Shown: positions 36,945 through 49,504, numbered from the stretch's first letter. The stretch is DNA of 64,000 nucleotides from Blepharisma stoltei ATCC 30299 (GCA_965603825.1 CBFDEM010000018.1:1014396-1078395), one strand, 5' to 3'. The notes: generated by a model not told the origin, from the letters alone. Numbers and translations: made by a program.

Positions 36945-38090
36945 ATGTCACATCTCCCAACAGTACAGACCATTGAAGATTCAAAAGAAGACCAAAATTT
37001 AAAAGCAACTGTAAAAGAATCCGCAACAACCTACGAGCTCATGATAAATCAAATTTATAGCCTAGAGGAGAGCTTACTCTTCACAGATGATCGTAAAGAG
37101 ATCTGTGATGCTTTGAACAAGCACCTCATAGATCTGTACATAAATCAAGGTTTGCAGTATTCCTTGATCCCATTTGACTCTATAAGCGTCAAAAAACTTT
37201 ACTCAGGGATTTTTGTATTTGACCTTCCTCCTATTGCAATTCCTATAAAAGATAAATTAAAATCTTACCAAGCTTTTGTTAGCAAATCAATAAGTATCAA
37301 TTTAATAAAGCTTGTAAGAAACGCAAGAAAGCCTCTTCCTCAGCATTTAAAAATAAGACAAGACATTCAATTTGTAGAGACAAATATTTCATTCAGAGCA
37401 AGGCAAAGTGATAGATATCAAACAATGCCAGTCGCCACTATGATGGATGATTCAATGGTTTTCATGAAGCCCCTAACAACTAAATATAAAGTTGAAGGGG
37501 TTCCTTTTGAAGGGTTTATTTATTGCCATTTGCAGCATCCAAATATCATCAGATGTTATGGGTATACTAAGCATAATGATCGCACATGCTTAGTTTTGCA
37601 GCACGTTTCAACCCTTCTTGAAACTTATGTAAGAGATAATAATTTGAGCCTCCAAAGACGCTTGAACCTTATCATTGAAATTGGGCATGGCTTGTCCTTT
37701 ATGCATATGAAAAGTGTGGTGCTTATGAATGTCTCGCCATGGAGCATTTTTGTTGACTCAAACTACAGGCCGATTATTGTGGATCTCGAAAATGCTGTTT
37801 GTTTAGGGATGAAGTATCCTGAGCTGTTATGCTATAAAGAAGAAGATTATGCTTCCCCAGAAGCATTAGATGGAAAAAGAGATTATAGCTGCGATGTCTA
37901 CTCCTATGGACTGCTATGCTATTTTATCCTCACAAAACAGCATTATGCGAAAACTAAGGATTTAGACTGCTTGGAGGAAAATTTCAGGATTGTAATTGAA
38001 ATGATGCTAAGTGAAGACCCATCTGAAAGACCTCATGCTAAGACATGCTACCAAGAGTTTGAATGCATTTATAAAGAGCTTACGCAGTAA
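36945..38090 (+). CDS. Pseudokinase (protein kinase fold)
   Basis: LQHPNIIRCYG, IGHGLSFMH, YASPEAL, CDVYSYG and DPSERP are present. HRDLKxxN is replaced by LMNVSPWS and DFG by DLE. Confidence 0.85.
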   Translation: MSHLPTVQTIEDSKEDQNLKATVKESATTYELMINQIYSLEESLLFTDDRKEICDALNKHLIDLYINQGLQYSLIPFDSISVKKLYSGIFVFDLPPIAIPIKDKLKSYQAFVSKSISINLIKLVRNARKPLPQHLKIRQDIQFVETNISFRARQSDRYQTMPVATMMDDSMVFMKPLTTKYKVEGVPFEGFIYCHLQHPNIIRCYGYTKHNDRTCLVLQHVSTLLETYVRDNNLSLQRRLNLIIEIGHGLSFMHMKSVVLMNVSPWSIFVDSNYRPIIVDLENAVCLGMKYPELLCYKEEDYASPEALDGKRDYSCDVYSYGLLCYFILTKQHYAKTKDLDCLEENFRIVIEMMLSEDPSERPHAKTCYQEFECIYKELTQ

Positions 38091-38305
38091 TTAAGCATAA
38101 GTAATTTTCATCTATGAATATTGAGTTTTTTTAAAATAAAAGAATTTATTATTTTAATAATAACAAATCTATCACGAATCAATTTTAAAGTTTTATGTAT
38201 TTAAAATTATTTTATTTTTAAATTATATTTTCTTTGCTTTAATATTTTGATTCAAGAGGATTTTTGATAAATCCTGAATTTGTTGCTAATATATATTCCA
38301 AAGAA

Positions 38306-38821
38306 ATGGAAACATTAATTTGGCTATGGAGCTTTGATAGAAGATGGATGTTTGGGATTCCCTGCACAAGAATTTACTGGTGGCTTATAGTACTTTTTCA
38401 GCTATGCTTCCTTGCCCTTAGTTTTAACATGAGCTCAACTGGCTGTGAAGTTACGATCTGGATAAGAGGTCGATATCTAATATCCTTAGCAATAATTATT
38501 TCTGCAACTTTAACAGCCACAATTGTGAAAACAGATAAAGTGACTCAAGAAAGCAGCCTTTCTATGTCATTTCCAGGACTACTGACCCTTTTATTTGGGA
38601 TTTTAAGTTTAGGATGGGCAGGATTTATCTATATGTACCCTCCCTCGAACTGTGAAGAAGACTTTACATACTTTATGAACTTAGAAACCTTGCTTTATTT
38701 CTTAACTCTCCTCCCTATCCTTATAACTATAACTGGAATGGTTCTCATAAAGCTTATCGTTATAATTTTGGCATTGGCTTTTCCATCACTTTTCTTTGAA
38801 GCACGTATAAAATCACGATAA
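38306..38821 (+). CDS. Hypothetical four-TM membrane protein
   Basis: Four hydrophobic segments; first ATG at 38306. Confidence 0.7.
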   Translation: METLIWLWSFDRRWMFGIPCTRIYWWLIVLFQLCFLALSFNMSSTGCEVTIWIRGRYLISLAIIISATLTATIVKTDKVTQESSLSMSFPGLLTLLFGILSLGWAGFIYMYPPSNCEEDFTYFMNLETLLYFLTLLPILITITGMVLIKLIVIILALAFPSLFFEARIKSR

Positions 38822-38866
38822 ATTAAAACATTATTACCATAAAACTAATTCCAATAAGAACTTTTC

Positions 38867-39247
38867 TTACTTATTGTCCAGCATATGAGACTGGCGAGTC
38901 TTGCCAACGTCATGCATGTTTTGAGCGTCCTGCCTCCAAGACCTGAGTGGGAATTCGAATATATCATAATCTAAAATGAACGCACAAAAAATAAGCCAAG
39001 CAATAAAGCGGTAAACAGAGCGCTTTGCATGGTAGTAGCCTAAATCATCATCAAGTCTCTCCATTTCAGCGACTCTTGGATAAGCGTATTTTGAGAAAGG
39101 AGGAGCAATTTCAATATAATATTGACGGAGGTTGAACATCTTGTTTAAGTTACTCCAGTTCTTTGCGAATTCAAAGTTAGTCCACTCGGCTGGATTGAGA
39201 TGGGCAGTCTTGTGCCAGGTGCGTGAGCCCTTAAAGAGTCTAAACAT
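38867..39247 (-). CDS. Small single-TM protein (126 aa), probably mitochondrial
   Basis: Presequence-like MFRLFKGSRTWH, one TM, only TGG used for Trp. Localisation is inferred. Confidence 0.65.
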   Translation of the reverse strand: MFRLFKGSRTWHKTAHLNPAEWTNFEFAKNWSNLNKMFNLRQYYIEIAPPFSKYAYPRVAEMERLDDDLGYYHAKRSVYRFIAWLIFCAFILDYDIFEFPLRSWRQDAQNMHDVGKTRQSHMLDNK

Positions 39248-39364
39248 TTATTATGGCCAATAAAATTAAGGAATCTTTAATCCAATTAAACATATAAATT
39301 TATAAAGAAAGTAAAGAATTTTCTTGATGCTTTAAATAAAAAATAATTATCTATCCTAAAAACA

Positions 39365-39898
39365 ATGTTAAATATTTTTCCAAAGAGAAAGTATTTAAGC
39401 TCAGAAAATGATGAAACTCAAATGGGCTCTGCATATGTTTTAAAAAGACTGAAGACTAGGGAGCACTTTAATGTTAACCAGTATTTTCATTCTTCAACTC
39501 CTCAAAGTTTCCTTTCGCCTGATAAAAGCAGAAAATTATCGACTACTCTAGAAAGCCAACCAAAAACGGCCTGAGGGTCGTCAAGGCTACTAAAAACTAT
39601 CCCTGCAGCTAAAGTCCACAGCCCAGTCAAACTGAACTGAGCCTTTGATACATGAGACTTTGTCGATGGAAGTCAACCGCCAAGGGAAAAAGGTAAAAGA
39701 AGGAACAAAGTCATTGTGCAGCATTTAAGAGATATGCAAACTTTTCTACCTCCACCAATAATTAAAAAAAAATCAGACATCGATTTACAGCTAGATAAAA
39801 TGTTATCGACATTAGATAATAAAAGGAAAAAAACGTCATATTTGTTAAAGACAGGAAAGCAAGTGAATAGCTATTACAAGCACCACAGGATCTTTTAG
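39365..39898 (+). CDS. Hypothetical basic protein (177 aa)
   Basis: Two ORF fragments join through three TGA=Trp codons; ends in TAG. Confidence 0.65.
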
Positions 39899-39937
39899 TA
39901 TATATTAATTGGAATTTTCATTTGATTAATTAATTAC

Positions 39938-40429
39938 TTAAGAAGATCTGACAGAAATTTCAAGTCCATTAGTCAGACAAGATCTTAAGAAGTTTATATC
40001 TAATCTTCTCAGCTGGGTTTCAAAGCCTTGGTTAGGCCATGCAACTGGTCGTCCTCGTCGTACTCTTGCTAAAGCTTCATCAAAGCTTTCGTTGTATTTA
40101 GCCATGAAATAGGCGACCATAATAGAAGAGCTTCTAGAAATCCCAGCTGCACAGTGTACAAGGACTCTTTTTCCTCTTGTCATTTCTTGATGGATGAACT
40201 TTATAGCTCCTGGGATATGTACAGTAATATTTTCCATTGGAAGATCATCGATTCTAATTGTGTAATAATTTATATCTGGATGCTTATTTCCAATAGTTGC
40301 ATCAGAAATAACTGATACGATGCTGTTAATTCCTTTAGACATCACAAGGTCTCTATTGTTTGCAGCGATTATTCCGCTGAGGAATAGCCCAGGTTCAATT
40401 TCATTCATAGCCAAAAGAAACGATGTCAT
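39938..40429 (-). CDS. Atypical dual-specificity phosphatase
   Basis: EIEPGLFLSG, IDDLP, VLVHCAAGISRSSS, AYFM, WPNQGF. Confidence 0.92.
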   Translation of the reverse strand: MTSFLLAMNEIEPGLFLSGIIAANNRDLVMSKGINSIVSVISDATIGNKHPDINYYTIRIDDLPMENITVHIPGAIKFIHQEMTRGKRVLVHCAAGISRSSSIMVAYFMAKYNESFDEALARVRRGRPVAWPNQGFETQLRRLDINFLRSCLTNGLEISVRSS

Positions 40430-40538
40430 TTTATGTTTATAATTCAAATAAAAATTAGCTATTTATTAATATTAAATCAAAAAATTGACTATAATTTCAA
40501 TATGAAAAATACACACTTTCCATGGATAATTCTTATAA

Positions 40539-42053
40539 ATGGAGGCTGGTCTTGCTATCTGCTGTCTCTGTGGCTCCAATATGCCCCACAACCCTTCAGG
40601 AATGTGCTTAAACTGTTTGAAATCTAGAGTCGATATCACTCAAGAAATCCAAAAAGAATGCACGGTCCATTTCTGCCGAAATTGTGGTCGCTATCTCAGA
40701 CCACCATGGATGCATATTGAGCTGGAAAGCCAAGATATGTTGCAGCTTTGCCTTAAAAAAATCAAAGGCCTCAACAAAGTCAAATTAATTGATGCAAATT
40801 TCCTTTACACAGAACCACACTCCAGGAGATTAAGGCTAAAATTAGCAGTTCAAAAAGAAGTCCATAGAGACACAACCTTAGAGCAGACCTTCCTAGTGGA
40901 ATTTATCGTCCAAAATTTGCAATGTGACGACTGCCAAAGAAGCTTTACTCCTCACACTTGGATTGCCAAAGTTCAGGCCAGACAAAGAGTTACCCATCAG
41001 AGGACTTTTTATTATTTAGAACAATTACTATTAAAGCATGGGCTAAATAATAAAGTCACAGCTGTGAAGCAGATTGATAAAGGCTTGGATTTTGAGTTTT
41101 TCAATAAAAGCCATGCAGGAAGGTTTATTGATTTTTTGCATAGCTATATCCCTATACAAGTAAAACAAAGCAAGTTTTTGGTGTCACATGATGCCAGCAA
41201 TAACACATATAAATATAAATATACATATTTGGCTGAAATTGCCCAAATTTGTAAGGATGATTTACTAGTGCTGCCGAAGGAGCACAACGCAGGAGGGGTT
41301 GGGCCGCTGGTGCTTTGTTATAAAGTGACGAATATCATTCATGTGATTAATCCTTATACAATGAGAAGGATGGATATTCCTAATGAAAAGTTTTGGAAGC
41401 ATCCGTTCACAGCTTTTGCGTCAAGCAGCCAGTTGTCAGAGTTTATAGTTCTTGATATAGAAGAAGAAAGAAATTATGGTAAAAATACAGAATCAATGGA
41501 AGTTGAGACGACTTCAAACAGCAATATTTCTTTCAATAAATATATAAATAGAAAATTCAAACAAATTGAAGTCGAAGTTGCAAGAGCTGACCGTGTAGGT
41601 GTTCCAGGGAACTCTTTTCATGTTAAAACACATTTAGGACACATTTTAAGGGTCGGAGATAGCGTACTAGGATATGATTTGCAAGCAATGGTCTCTAATT
41701 CTGCAGAACAAGACTCGCTACCTAGAGATTTCCCTGATGTGCTTCTAGTAAAGAAAATTTATCCAGACTTGAACAAGCCAAACAGAAAAAGACTTTTCAA
41801 GCTGAATAGAATGAATATAGAAGCAGAAAAAGAGCCAAACCACGAGGAATATGAAGAATTCCTTAATGAAGTTGAAGCTGATCCTGAAATAAGAGCAAAT
41901 ATCGTTTTATACAAAAATGAAGCTGCTAATCCAGAAGAAGCTAAAATTGATGATGATACCTTCCCAACTGTGCAGCTTGAAGAACTGATCAGCCATTTGA
42001 CAATTCATGATAAAGCAGAAGAAAATGAAGAGGAAGATGAAGATGAAGACTAA
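40539..42053 (+). CDS. NMD3: 60S ribosomal export adaptor NMD3
   Basis: CCLCG..CLNCL, CRNCGRY, ELESQDMLQLCLKK, FLYTEPHSRR, CDDC, VQARQ, QSKFLVSHD, acidic tail. Confidence 0.96.
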   Translation: MEAGLAICCLCGSNMPHNPSGMCLNCLKSRVDITQEIQKECTVHFCRNCGRYLRPPWMHIELESQDMLQLCLKKIKGLNKVKLIDANFLYTEPHSRRLRLKLAVQKEVHRDTTLEQTFLVEFIVQNLQCDDCQRSFTPHTWIAKVQARQRVTHQRTFYYLEQLLLKHGLNNKVTAVKQIDKGLDFEFFNKSHAGRFIDFLHSYIPIQVKQSKFLVSHDASNNTYKYKYTYLAEIAQICKDDLLVLPKEHNAGGVGPLVLCYKVTNIIHVINPYTMRRMDIPNEKFWKHPFTAFASSSQLSEFIVLDIEEERNYGKNTESMEVETTSNSNISFNKYINRKFKQIEVEVARADRVGVPGNSFHVKTHLGHILRVGDSVLGYDLQAMVSNSAEQDSLPRDFPDVLLVKKIYPDLNKPNRKRLFKLNRMNIEAEKEPNHEEYEEFLNEVEADPEIRANIVLYKNEAANPEEAKIDDDTFPTVQLEELISHLTIHDKAEENEEEDEDED

Positions 42054-42157
42054 TTTTTTAGTAATTATTTACAAAAAAAATGATCATAAATTATAAAACT
42101 GTATAAAAATTGCAGAAATGGCCGTGCATTTCAAATGCAATCTTAAATGTACTATAT

Positions 42158-43267
42158 TTACAGATGCTCTAATAACTTATCACCAGAAATGCATTTTGAT
42201 TGTCTTCTCTGATTTATTGTTTTAAACGCCAGCATTTGAGTTTTAGTCATTTCATTCAGCTTTACTTTGTATTTCTCCAGTTCTTCTTTTTCTGAAGATT
42301 TTAGCTTGATTTTTTCACTTAAGTCTTCTTGGTTCATTTTTCTAAATTTCCTAAGTAAAAATTCACTATCTTGCTTAAATTCTTTTAATAAAGATTTATT
42401 TAAGTTGCTTTCTTTTGTACAATTGTCAATAATATAATCATAACTTTTATTTACATCATACAAGGATTTATTATTTCTTGGTAAAAAATTGTATCTAATT
42501 TCACTTGTACTTCTAGTGTCCTTTTGTAAGGCTTTACTTAATTTATTTAGCCCTAGAGAGTGGAAAATTTTATGAATTGGCAGAGAAGCTTCTCTGTGGT
42601 ATTTTTTGGTTTTTTTACTTTTATGAGATATTTCGGTCCTTTGTGGAAGTTTTCTATATTTAATAACAGATTCTTTAGAAACCTGTAAAGAGCAGTAATC
42701 AGAAAAAGCTAAATTTGTAGCGGGCATAGTTTTGGGTTCAAGATTGCTTATGCTTTGGTCTTCGAATCCTTGTATATAGAACTTTTTCTTTTTTAAGTCT
42801 CCAGATCGATAGTTAATTAATTCTTTATATGATTCTGTATTTTTCATTTCTTTTAGCATATCGTCATTATCTTGGTAAGTTTCTTTAAATCTTAACTTTG
42901 GCCTTCGGATTTTTTCTTCTTTCGTTTTATTACGAACTATATATTCGTTTGAAGATTCAGCTTCATCAAAATTTTCTATCTTTGGATATGGAGTGAATGC
43001 AGTGCTAATTGTTTCTTTAATTGAGACGAGGACTTCTGGCTTGAATCATATATGGTTGCTATCTCTTTGGATTTGGGATTTGGAAGCTGAAAAATTTATT
43101 GGAGAAGATCTCTTAAAATCACTGAAAATAGGTGTTTTTTGGGTTTGAGATGGAGTTGGAGAAGGTTTTTCATTGAATTTTTTGTCTAAACGGTTAAGAT
43201 CAATATTGCATTTGTCGAATAATTGTTTAAAGACAGGGTTGATATTTAAGACTTGGCTTTTATCCAT
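42158..43267 (-). CDS. Unknown-family paralogue A (369 aa)
   Basis: One TGA (43046) joins two ORFs; shares motifs with the next two genes. Confidence 0.8.
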
Positions 43268-43447
43268 TATTAAAATCGTTTTATTAAAATGTCCCTTTTA
43301 TTCTATGCTTTCCAATGCAAACGTACACAAAATATTCTTTATCAATTTATTAACAGCAAATTTATATTGCATAATAAGTTTATTTTGTATAAATTTTTTT
43401 TATGGATTTCCCATCTTGGAATTCATATAAAAACATCTCAAAGGAGT

Positions 43448-44710
43448 TTAAATATTTTGAGCATTACTAATGCATATTGTAGGCTTTGGCCTTTTATTTG
43501 CAGTTTTTTTATTGCGCCTGCAATATTTCGTTAATTTTTTCTGATTATTTCCTCCAATGATCATCATTTGTTTATAACATTCTTCATCACTCATCTTGTT
43601 CATCATCATTGTTTCTTTTTCTTGTCTGCTTAATCTCATTTTTTCAGGGGAAATGCTTCTTGAAGCATACTTATAACCATAAAGTAACGCATCACCGTCC
43701 TTTTTAAATTCAATTGCTAGTGATCTATTTAATGCATGCTCTTTATTGCAAGCATTCATAATATAATCAAAGCTTTTATTAATCTCTGAGTGATTTTTTT
43801 CATTTATTGATGGTAAATGATTAAGCTTAATCAAGCTTTTGCTTCTTTTAACGTTATCGAATTTTTTTTCTGTTGTGTCTGTTAGTAGCGTTTTACTTAG
43901 CTTTAATAGTCCGAAAGAATTTAAAGTCTCGTGAATTTGAGGGTTTAAAATATTAATGGTAGAAGATTTTGTGTAATTTTTCGAATTTTCAACAATATTT
44001 TCTAATTTTGAGGTTTCAAAATTTACGCTTTTTTGAGTGTCAGATAAAATTGATTGTCTTCGATTTACATTTGCTTCTTTTTTCATCCGTAAAGACCATA
44101 AGTCAGAAACAGAAATCTTAGATGATTTTTTGGCAATATTTGATATGGAGTCCAGACCGATTATATTTTTTGGTTTATTTGTGGGAAAATTAGGATTGGG
44201 AGTTTCGGTTTCAATTCCTTGGGTAATCCGACGTTTTTTTGTGAAATCACCTGTTTTATAACGAGTTATCTCCTGATATGTTTCAGTTTCTTTAATTTCT
44301 TTAAGTGTTTCTTCTTTCAACCTGGCAGAAACATCTTTAATTTTGTTTTCTAGTTTGTCTGGCTGTGGAAGAATTTCACATTTGTCGTCTTCTGATGATT
44401 GGGAGCTATAATTATAAATTTCCATCGATTTTGTTGAATAAATCGCAAGGGTATCTTGAATTGTTTCTTTCATTGAAACTAGCGTTTCTGGTTTAAATTG
44501 AATAGTATTTTGGTCACTATTTGCTTTCCTGTGCAGAAAAGAATTAGATTTTTCAGATTTTAAGTAAAAATTGGGGTTCTTTTTTAATGGCGCTTGCTCC
44601 GGAGGACTCGATATTGGATCTCAACTTTTTCTTTCAAACATTATAGGGGAAAGTCCACATTCTTCCAAAAGCGGCTTAAATGCTGGATTTATGTCTAATT
44701 TATTGTACAT
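43448..44710 (-). CDS. Unknown-family paralogue B (420 aa)
   Basis: ATG 44710, one TGA. LDINPAFK and FKPETLVSMKETI are shared with paralogue A. Confidence 0.8.
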
Positions 44711-44748
44711 TGTAATTTAATTTTAGATTATTAAATGAGCCATCATAA

Positions 44749-45495
44749 TTATAGCTTTTTTCTTGAATCCCTCGTTCCTTTGAAAAGGACCGATTTTTGC
44801 CTTAAATTTTCTCTTTTAAACATATGGCTATCTGTAATTTCATTAACTTTTAGCTGATATTTTTTCATTTCTTCTATTTCTGATTCTTTTAGTCCTTGCT
44901 TCCCTGAAGACGCTTTCCTTATAATACACTGGTATTTATTCATAATATTTTTACTGTCTTTTATGAAGCTTGAGCTTAAGCTTCTATTAAGCTCATTTTC
45001 GTGCTCACATGTATCTATAATATATTCAAAACTTTGGTTGAAATTTATAGATTTTCTTTTATTAATTGCAGGTTTCCTAGGTTTTAGCTGACTGAAACTT
45101 CGGCCTTCCCAGGTATTTTTTAAGCATTTGCTTAATTTTGATAATCCTTGGTCTTTGAGGATTGTAAGTACTGATGGCTTGGAAGCGTTTTTCTTGAGGT
45201 AGGCTTGCTCTTGTTCTGCAGCTCGAAAAAATTTTTCGATTTCGCAGAGGTTTAGTTCATGAATTTGGGGGATTGTGGGTATATTGGTCAATTTGGCTCT
45301 TTTAGCAGCTGCTTCTTTTTTCATTTTTCAGGATCATAGGTCAGAGTAGCATATTTTGGTAGATCTTGATTGAAGAAGACGCGTAACTAAATCAAAGTTA
45401 ATAGTGCTTCTAGAGCCAAGGCTGCTTTTGGTTTGGCGAGGATTTTTATCACTGGTACTGATAAAAGATTTATTTTTGATTAAGGATTCTTTCAT
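44749..45495 (-). CDS. Unknown-family paralogue C (248 aa, shorter N-terminus)
   Basis: ATG 45495, two TGA codons. SDLWSWKMKKEA matches SDLWSLRMKKEA in paralogue B. Confidence 0.75.
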
Positions 45496-46179
45496 ATTTC
45501 AATGAAATCTACTCTGAGTAAAAGAAATTTTGTAGTTTTTGACAATTAATATAGAGATTATTTTAAAACTGATTTAACATATTTACATAATTGTTTATTT
45601 TTTTCTAGCTGATAAGCTTGGAAGACTTTATATTTTAAATTATAGTCAAATTGACAATGATTAGCAATAATTACGTCATCTTAATTAAATATTGTCTGTA
45701 ATAGAGTTAACAAAGCAAATAAGATGAGCCGATTAGCATTCATTATTGCACAAAACTGGCAATTCTTTTTAGTTAAGCAGTTTGCAGTTTGCAGTGTCAA
45801 AGTATTATAAGATATTAGCTTAACTTATAGCTAAAGTAGCCAAGCCTTCAATATTGTGCTTTTGAATGAATCCATTAAAAATTAAAATAAGAATAATTAA
45901 GTTATTAAATTTTATAAATTAATAATAAGTATTTGGCTAATATAAGATAATTAATTATCTCAAATATCTTATAATTTATATAAATTTAAGCTATTTAAAT
46001 CTCAAGAGCAATCTCCATAATGATATTAACTTTTCAGAGTTTGCATTTATTTATTATAATATCAAAACGCATTACATCAAAAAATAAAAGCAAAGAGCTT
46101 AAAGATATACATTTAAATCATAACATTTAAAAATTAGCACAAACTCAAATCAGAGCTAAAATAATTTTAACGTTAAAAC

Positions 46180-48948
46180 ATGGAAGGTTACACTGAAATC
46201 TTCGCTTGGGGAGGTGATCATTTTGGCCAACTTGGTCTCGGCGAATCTAAAAACACTGGCAAGACTTATCCATTTCCTCGATACTGCAGTTACAACGTCC
46301 TCATTAAAGAAATTTCCTGTGGAGAAGAGCATTCTGCATTTATAGCGCTATCAGGATATGTATATTCAATGGGGAGTAACAGTGAAGGAAGACTCGGACT
46401 CGGTGATAAATCGCTTCGTCAAAGCTCTTCTCCAATTTTAATTGAGAGCTTAGACTCTTACAAGGCAGCCAAAATTTCCTGCGGATGAGGCCACACATGT
46501 GTAATTACAGTTGACGGGGATTTATTTTCCTGAGGAGTCGGAGAATTTGGAGCACTCGGAATAGGAATTAACGACACACAATGAAAGCCTATAAGAGTAG
46601 ACCTGCCTAATAGAGCCAAAGCTTTACAGATTTCATGTGGATCAAGACACACAGGACTTATTGCTGAAGAAAATAAGCGAAATATTTTATTTATGTGAGG
46701 CGCAGGAGAAGCTGGGCAGTTAGGGACTGGCAGAAGGGAAAAAGAACTTCTACCAATCCTTATACAGACTAACGAAGAGCCTAAACAAGTTTCCTGTGGG
46801 ATTTTCCACACGATGTTTTTATGCAAATCTGGGAGCATCTTTTCTATGGGTGGGAATTCGTTTGGGCAGCTTGGGGTTGGGAATAAAAAAAGCACAAGTC
46901 GGCCTCAGAGGATACAGTATTTAGAAGACAATTTTATAGAAAAAATTGCTTGTGGGCACCATTCAGCAGCTATTACAGATCAAGGAGAATTGTTTATATG
47001 AGGAACTGGGGTGTTTGGGGAGTATTTGTATCCCCAAAGAGTTACTTCTATAGCAAGATTTATTGATGTAAGCATTGGTGGGAGTTTTGGAATTGCAATT
47101 GGTTCTAACCACGAGCTATATGCCTGGGGTGCAAATTCTAATGGAGAATTAGGCTTAGGGAATTTCGAAAACAGAATTAGCCCTACATCTATTGTAGCGT
47201 TAAAAGGGAGAAGTGTAAATAAAATCAGCTGTGGAGGAAGCTATTGTATAGCGCTAGGTGAAGATGTAGTAAAACAAAATAAGCTAGGAAAATCAGCTAG
47301 GCATGTGTCACCTTTGCAAACAGATCAAAGCTATTATACATCCCGAAATAAAGAAGTCTCAGAAAACAGCAGAAACTCCTGAATGAGGAGCTCTGCAAGA
47401 GAAGCTTTTACTTCTAGAGAACCTCGAGCTCTGGAAGACGATTCTGCGATATTTAAAAGTCATAGCGAGTTTAGGCCAAATGATACATTTAGCTCTAAAG
47501 AAATATATGAAAGTAAAACTAGAAATGTGTCTTCAGAAAGAAAAAGGGATTGAAAAGAACAGCCATTTCTGAGAGAAAGCTTTGAAAATCAATATAGAAG
47601 TGTGTCCATAGAAAGGCCAGAACTTAGTTTTGGCTCTACTAATGGAAATTCTTTTAGGAATGGAGCTGATTTAGAAAAAGCTAATATTGAATTAAAAGAA
47701 AAGACTCTGGAGCTAAGGGGAGCAAAATTAGAAATAGAAAGACTTAACGAAGCTTTGAAGAATTTTCAAACAAAAAATGAAAGACTGGAATATGAGTACC
47801 AGGAATTATCAAACCAGTTTTATAGAAATAAGCCTTCACTAGAATTTAGCAATAAAGAAATATTGCAGCTTCGGCAAAGTCTAGATGAATTTAAATATCA
47901 GTCCAAATCAATTGCAAACGAAAATGAAATCCTGAAAGAAGATCTTGCAAAGTTCAAACTCCTATATGAAGAACTCTCCCAAAGTAAATCAACCACTGAT
48001 GGATTTTATCAAGAACTGCAAGAAAAACTCCAAGCTGAAACAATTAAACGAAAACAAATAGAAAAAGACTTAGAAGTATCCAACAACCACTGGCATCGGC
48101 TAGAAGACGCACTATCTCAGTCTCATTCCAATTTAGAAAGTTATATTCAGCAGCTGAATGAAGAAAAAGTTTACAATGAAAAATTAACCCAAGAGCTTTC
48201 TGACTTACGTAAAAATTTTCATGGGCTAAACCAAGACAAAGAGACTATTTCTTATATGCTGCAAGACACCCAAAATCAAGCTGAAGACCAGATTTTGCAG
48301 TTAATTGATGAAAATAAAAGACTGAAAGAAACAGTGCAAAATTTAAATTATGACATAGAAAAACTTAATAGCACGCTGGCAGGAAAATCTTCAAATATAG
48401 GGGAATTTGTAGAAAATCAGAAAGAGTTAGAAGATAGAATGAACAATTTAAAAGATGAAAATTATCAGCTGAAAATTAGCCTTGCTGATTCTGAAGCGAA
48501 AAATAAGCAGCTTTTTGAACATTTGGATAAAGAATTAGCTGCGAGAGCGAGGGAGTATAAAGAAAGGACACTTAATTTGATAAGTACCCCAGTAAGAAAT
48601 TATTCGTCGTCGCCGCTAGTAAATAGACATCAAGGGCAGAGTTCTCCATTTAAAGCAGAAGAGGCACAGTTAGCAACGAGTAGGAATAGAAATTATTTAA
48701 GCCAAGAAAGCCAAGAGCGTATTGCGAATGCAACATCAAAAGTTATTGAATCGACCAATATAGAATCCCCTCTGAAAAATATGAGGGTTTCATCACCATC
48801 TAGAAAATCTCCAGAAAAGTCTCCACAAATATCTTTATTAAAGAGTTCAGGGTCAACCCCATCGAGAAATGATATAAAAGCTCGAATAGCTGCTTTGGCT
48901 GAAAGCCGCTCCAAGCTTGAAATGAAATTAGAAGAGCTTGAAAACTAA
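46180..48948 (+). CDS. RCC1-repeat beta-propeller plus long coiled-coil protein (922 aa)
   Basis: Repeated (F/Y)xWG...GQLGLG and ISCG..HS units. About seven TGA=Trp codons, several at the conserved W of xWG. Confidence 0.9.
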
Positions 48949-49504
48949 ATTATGTTAATTTTAAGTTAAATAATATAATTGGCATTATCCATTAGCTCCT
49001 TCTAATTTGAATATTACTAGTCAGCATAAAAATTTGAATTCTCTTTAAATTAAAATCGTAAAAGCTTATTGCTACTTATAAATATTACATGCAATTATTG
49101 TGAGGACAAAAATATATATTAAAAAACAGAAAAATCAGGAAATTGGCAAATTCTAAAACAAAGAATATAGTTTTTGTTTAAGGAAAATGATAGGGTTTAG
49201 AAGAGAGCTAAAAGACTATAGATAATGTGAAGAACAGCAGATATCTTGTAAATCTTCAATATAAGCTGATGCTAATGCAGAGCACACAGCATATATGGCA
49301 GAGGCATCAGAGAATTCAGAAATTAGCTTTTGCATAATACCCATCTCGGTAGGACAGATGGTTAAAATGCAGATCAAGCCTCGATAGTTTTTGAAAAAAA
49401 TAAAGTAAATGCACAAAAGTCTCCTCAATGTACTAAAATCTTCAGAAGCTTTCATGGTTTTGCTATTTTCTTTGTGTTATATTATTCTTGTTAATAGATA
49501 ATAA

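Noticed and set aside
49216-49455. 79-aa minus-strand ORF in a relatively GC-rich intergenic patch
   Set aside because: No recognisable motif and competing short frames on the plus strand; left unresolved.
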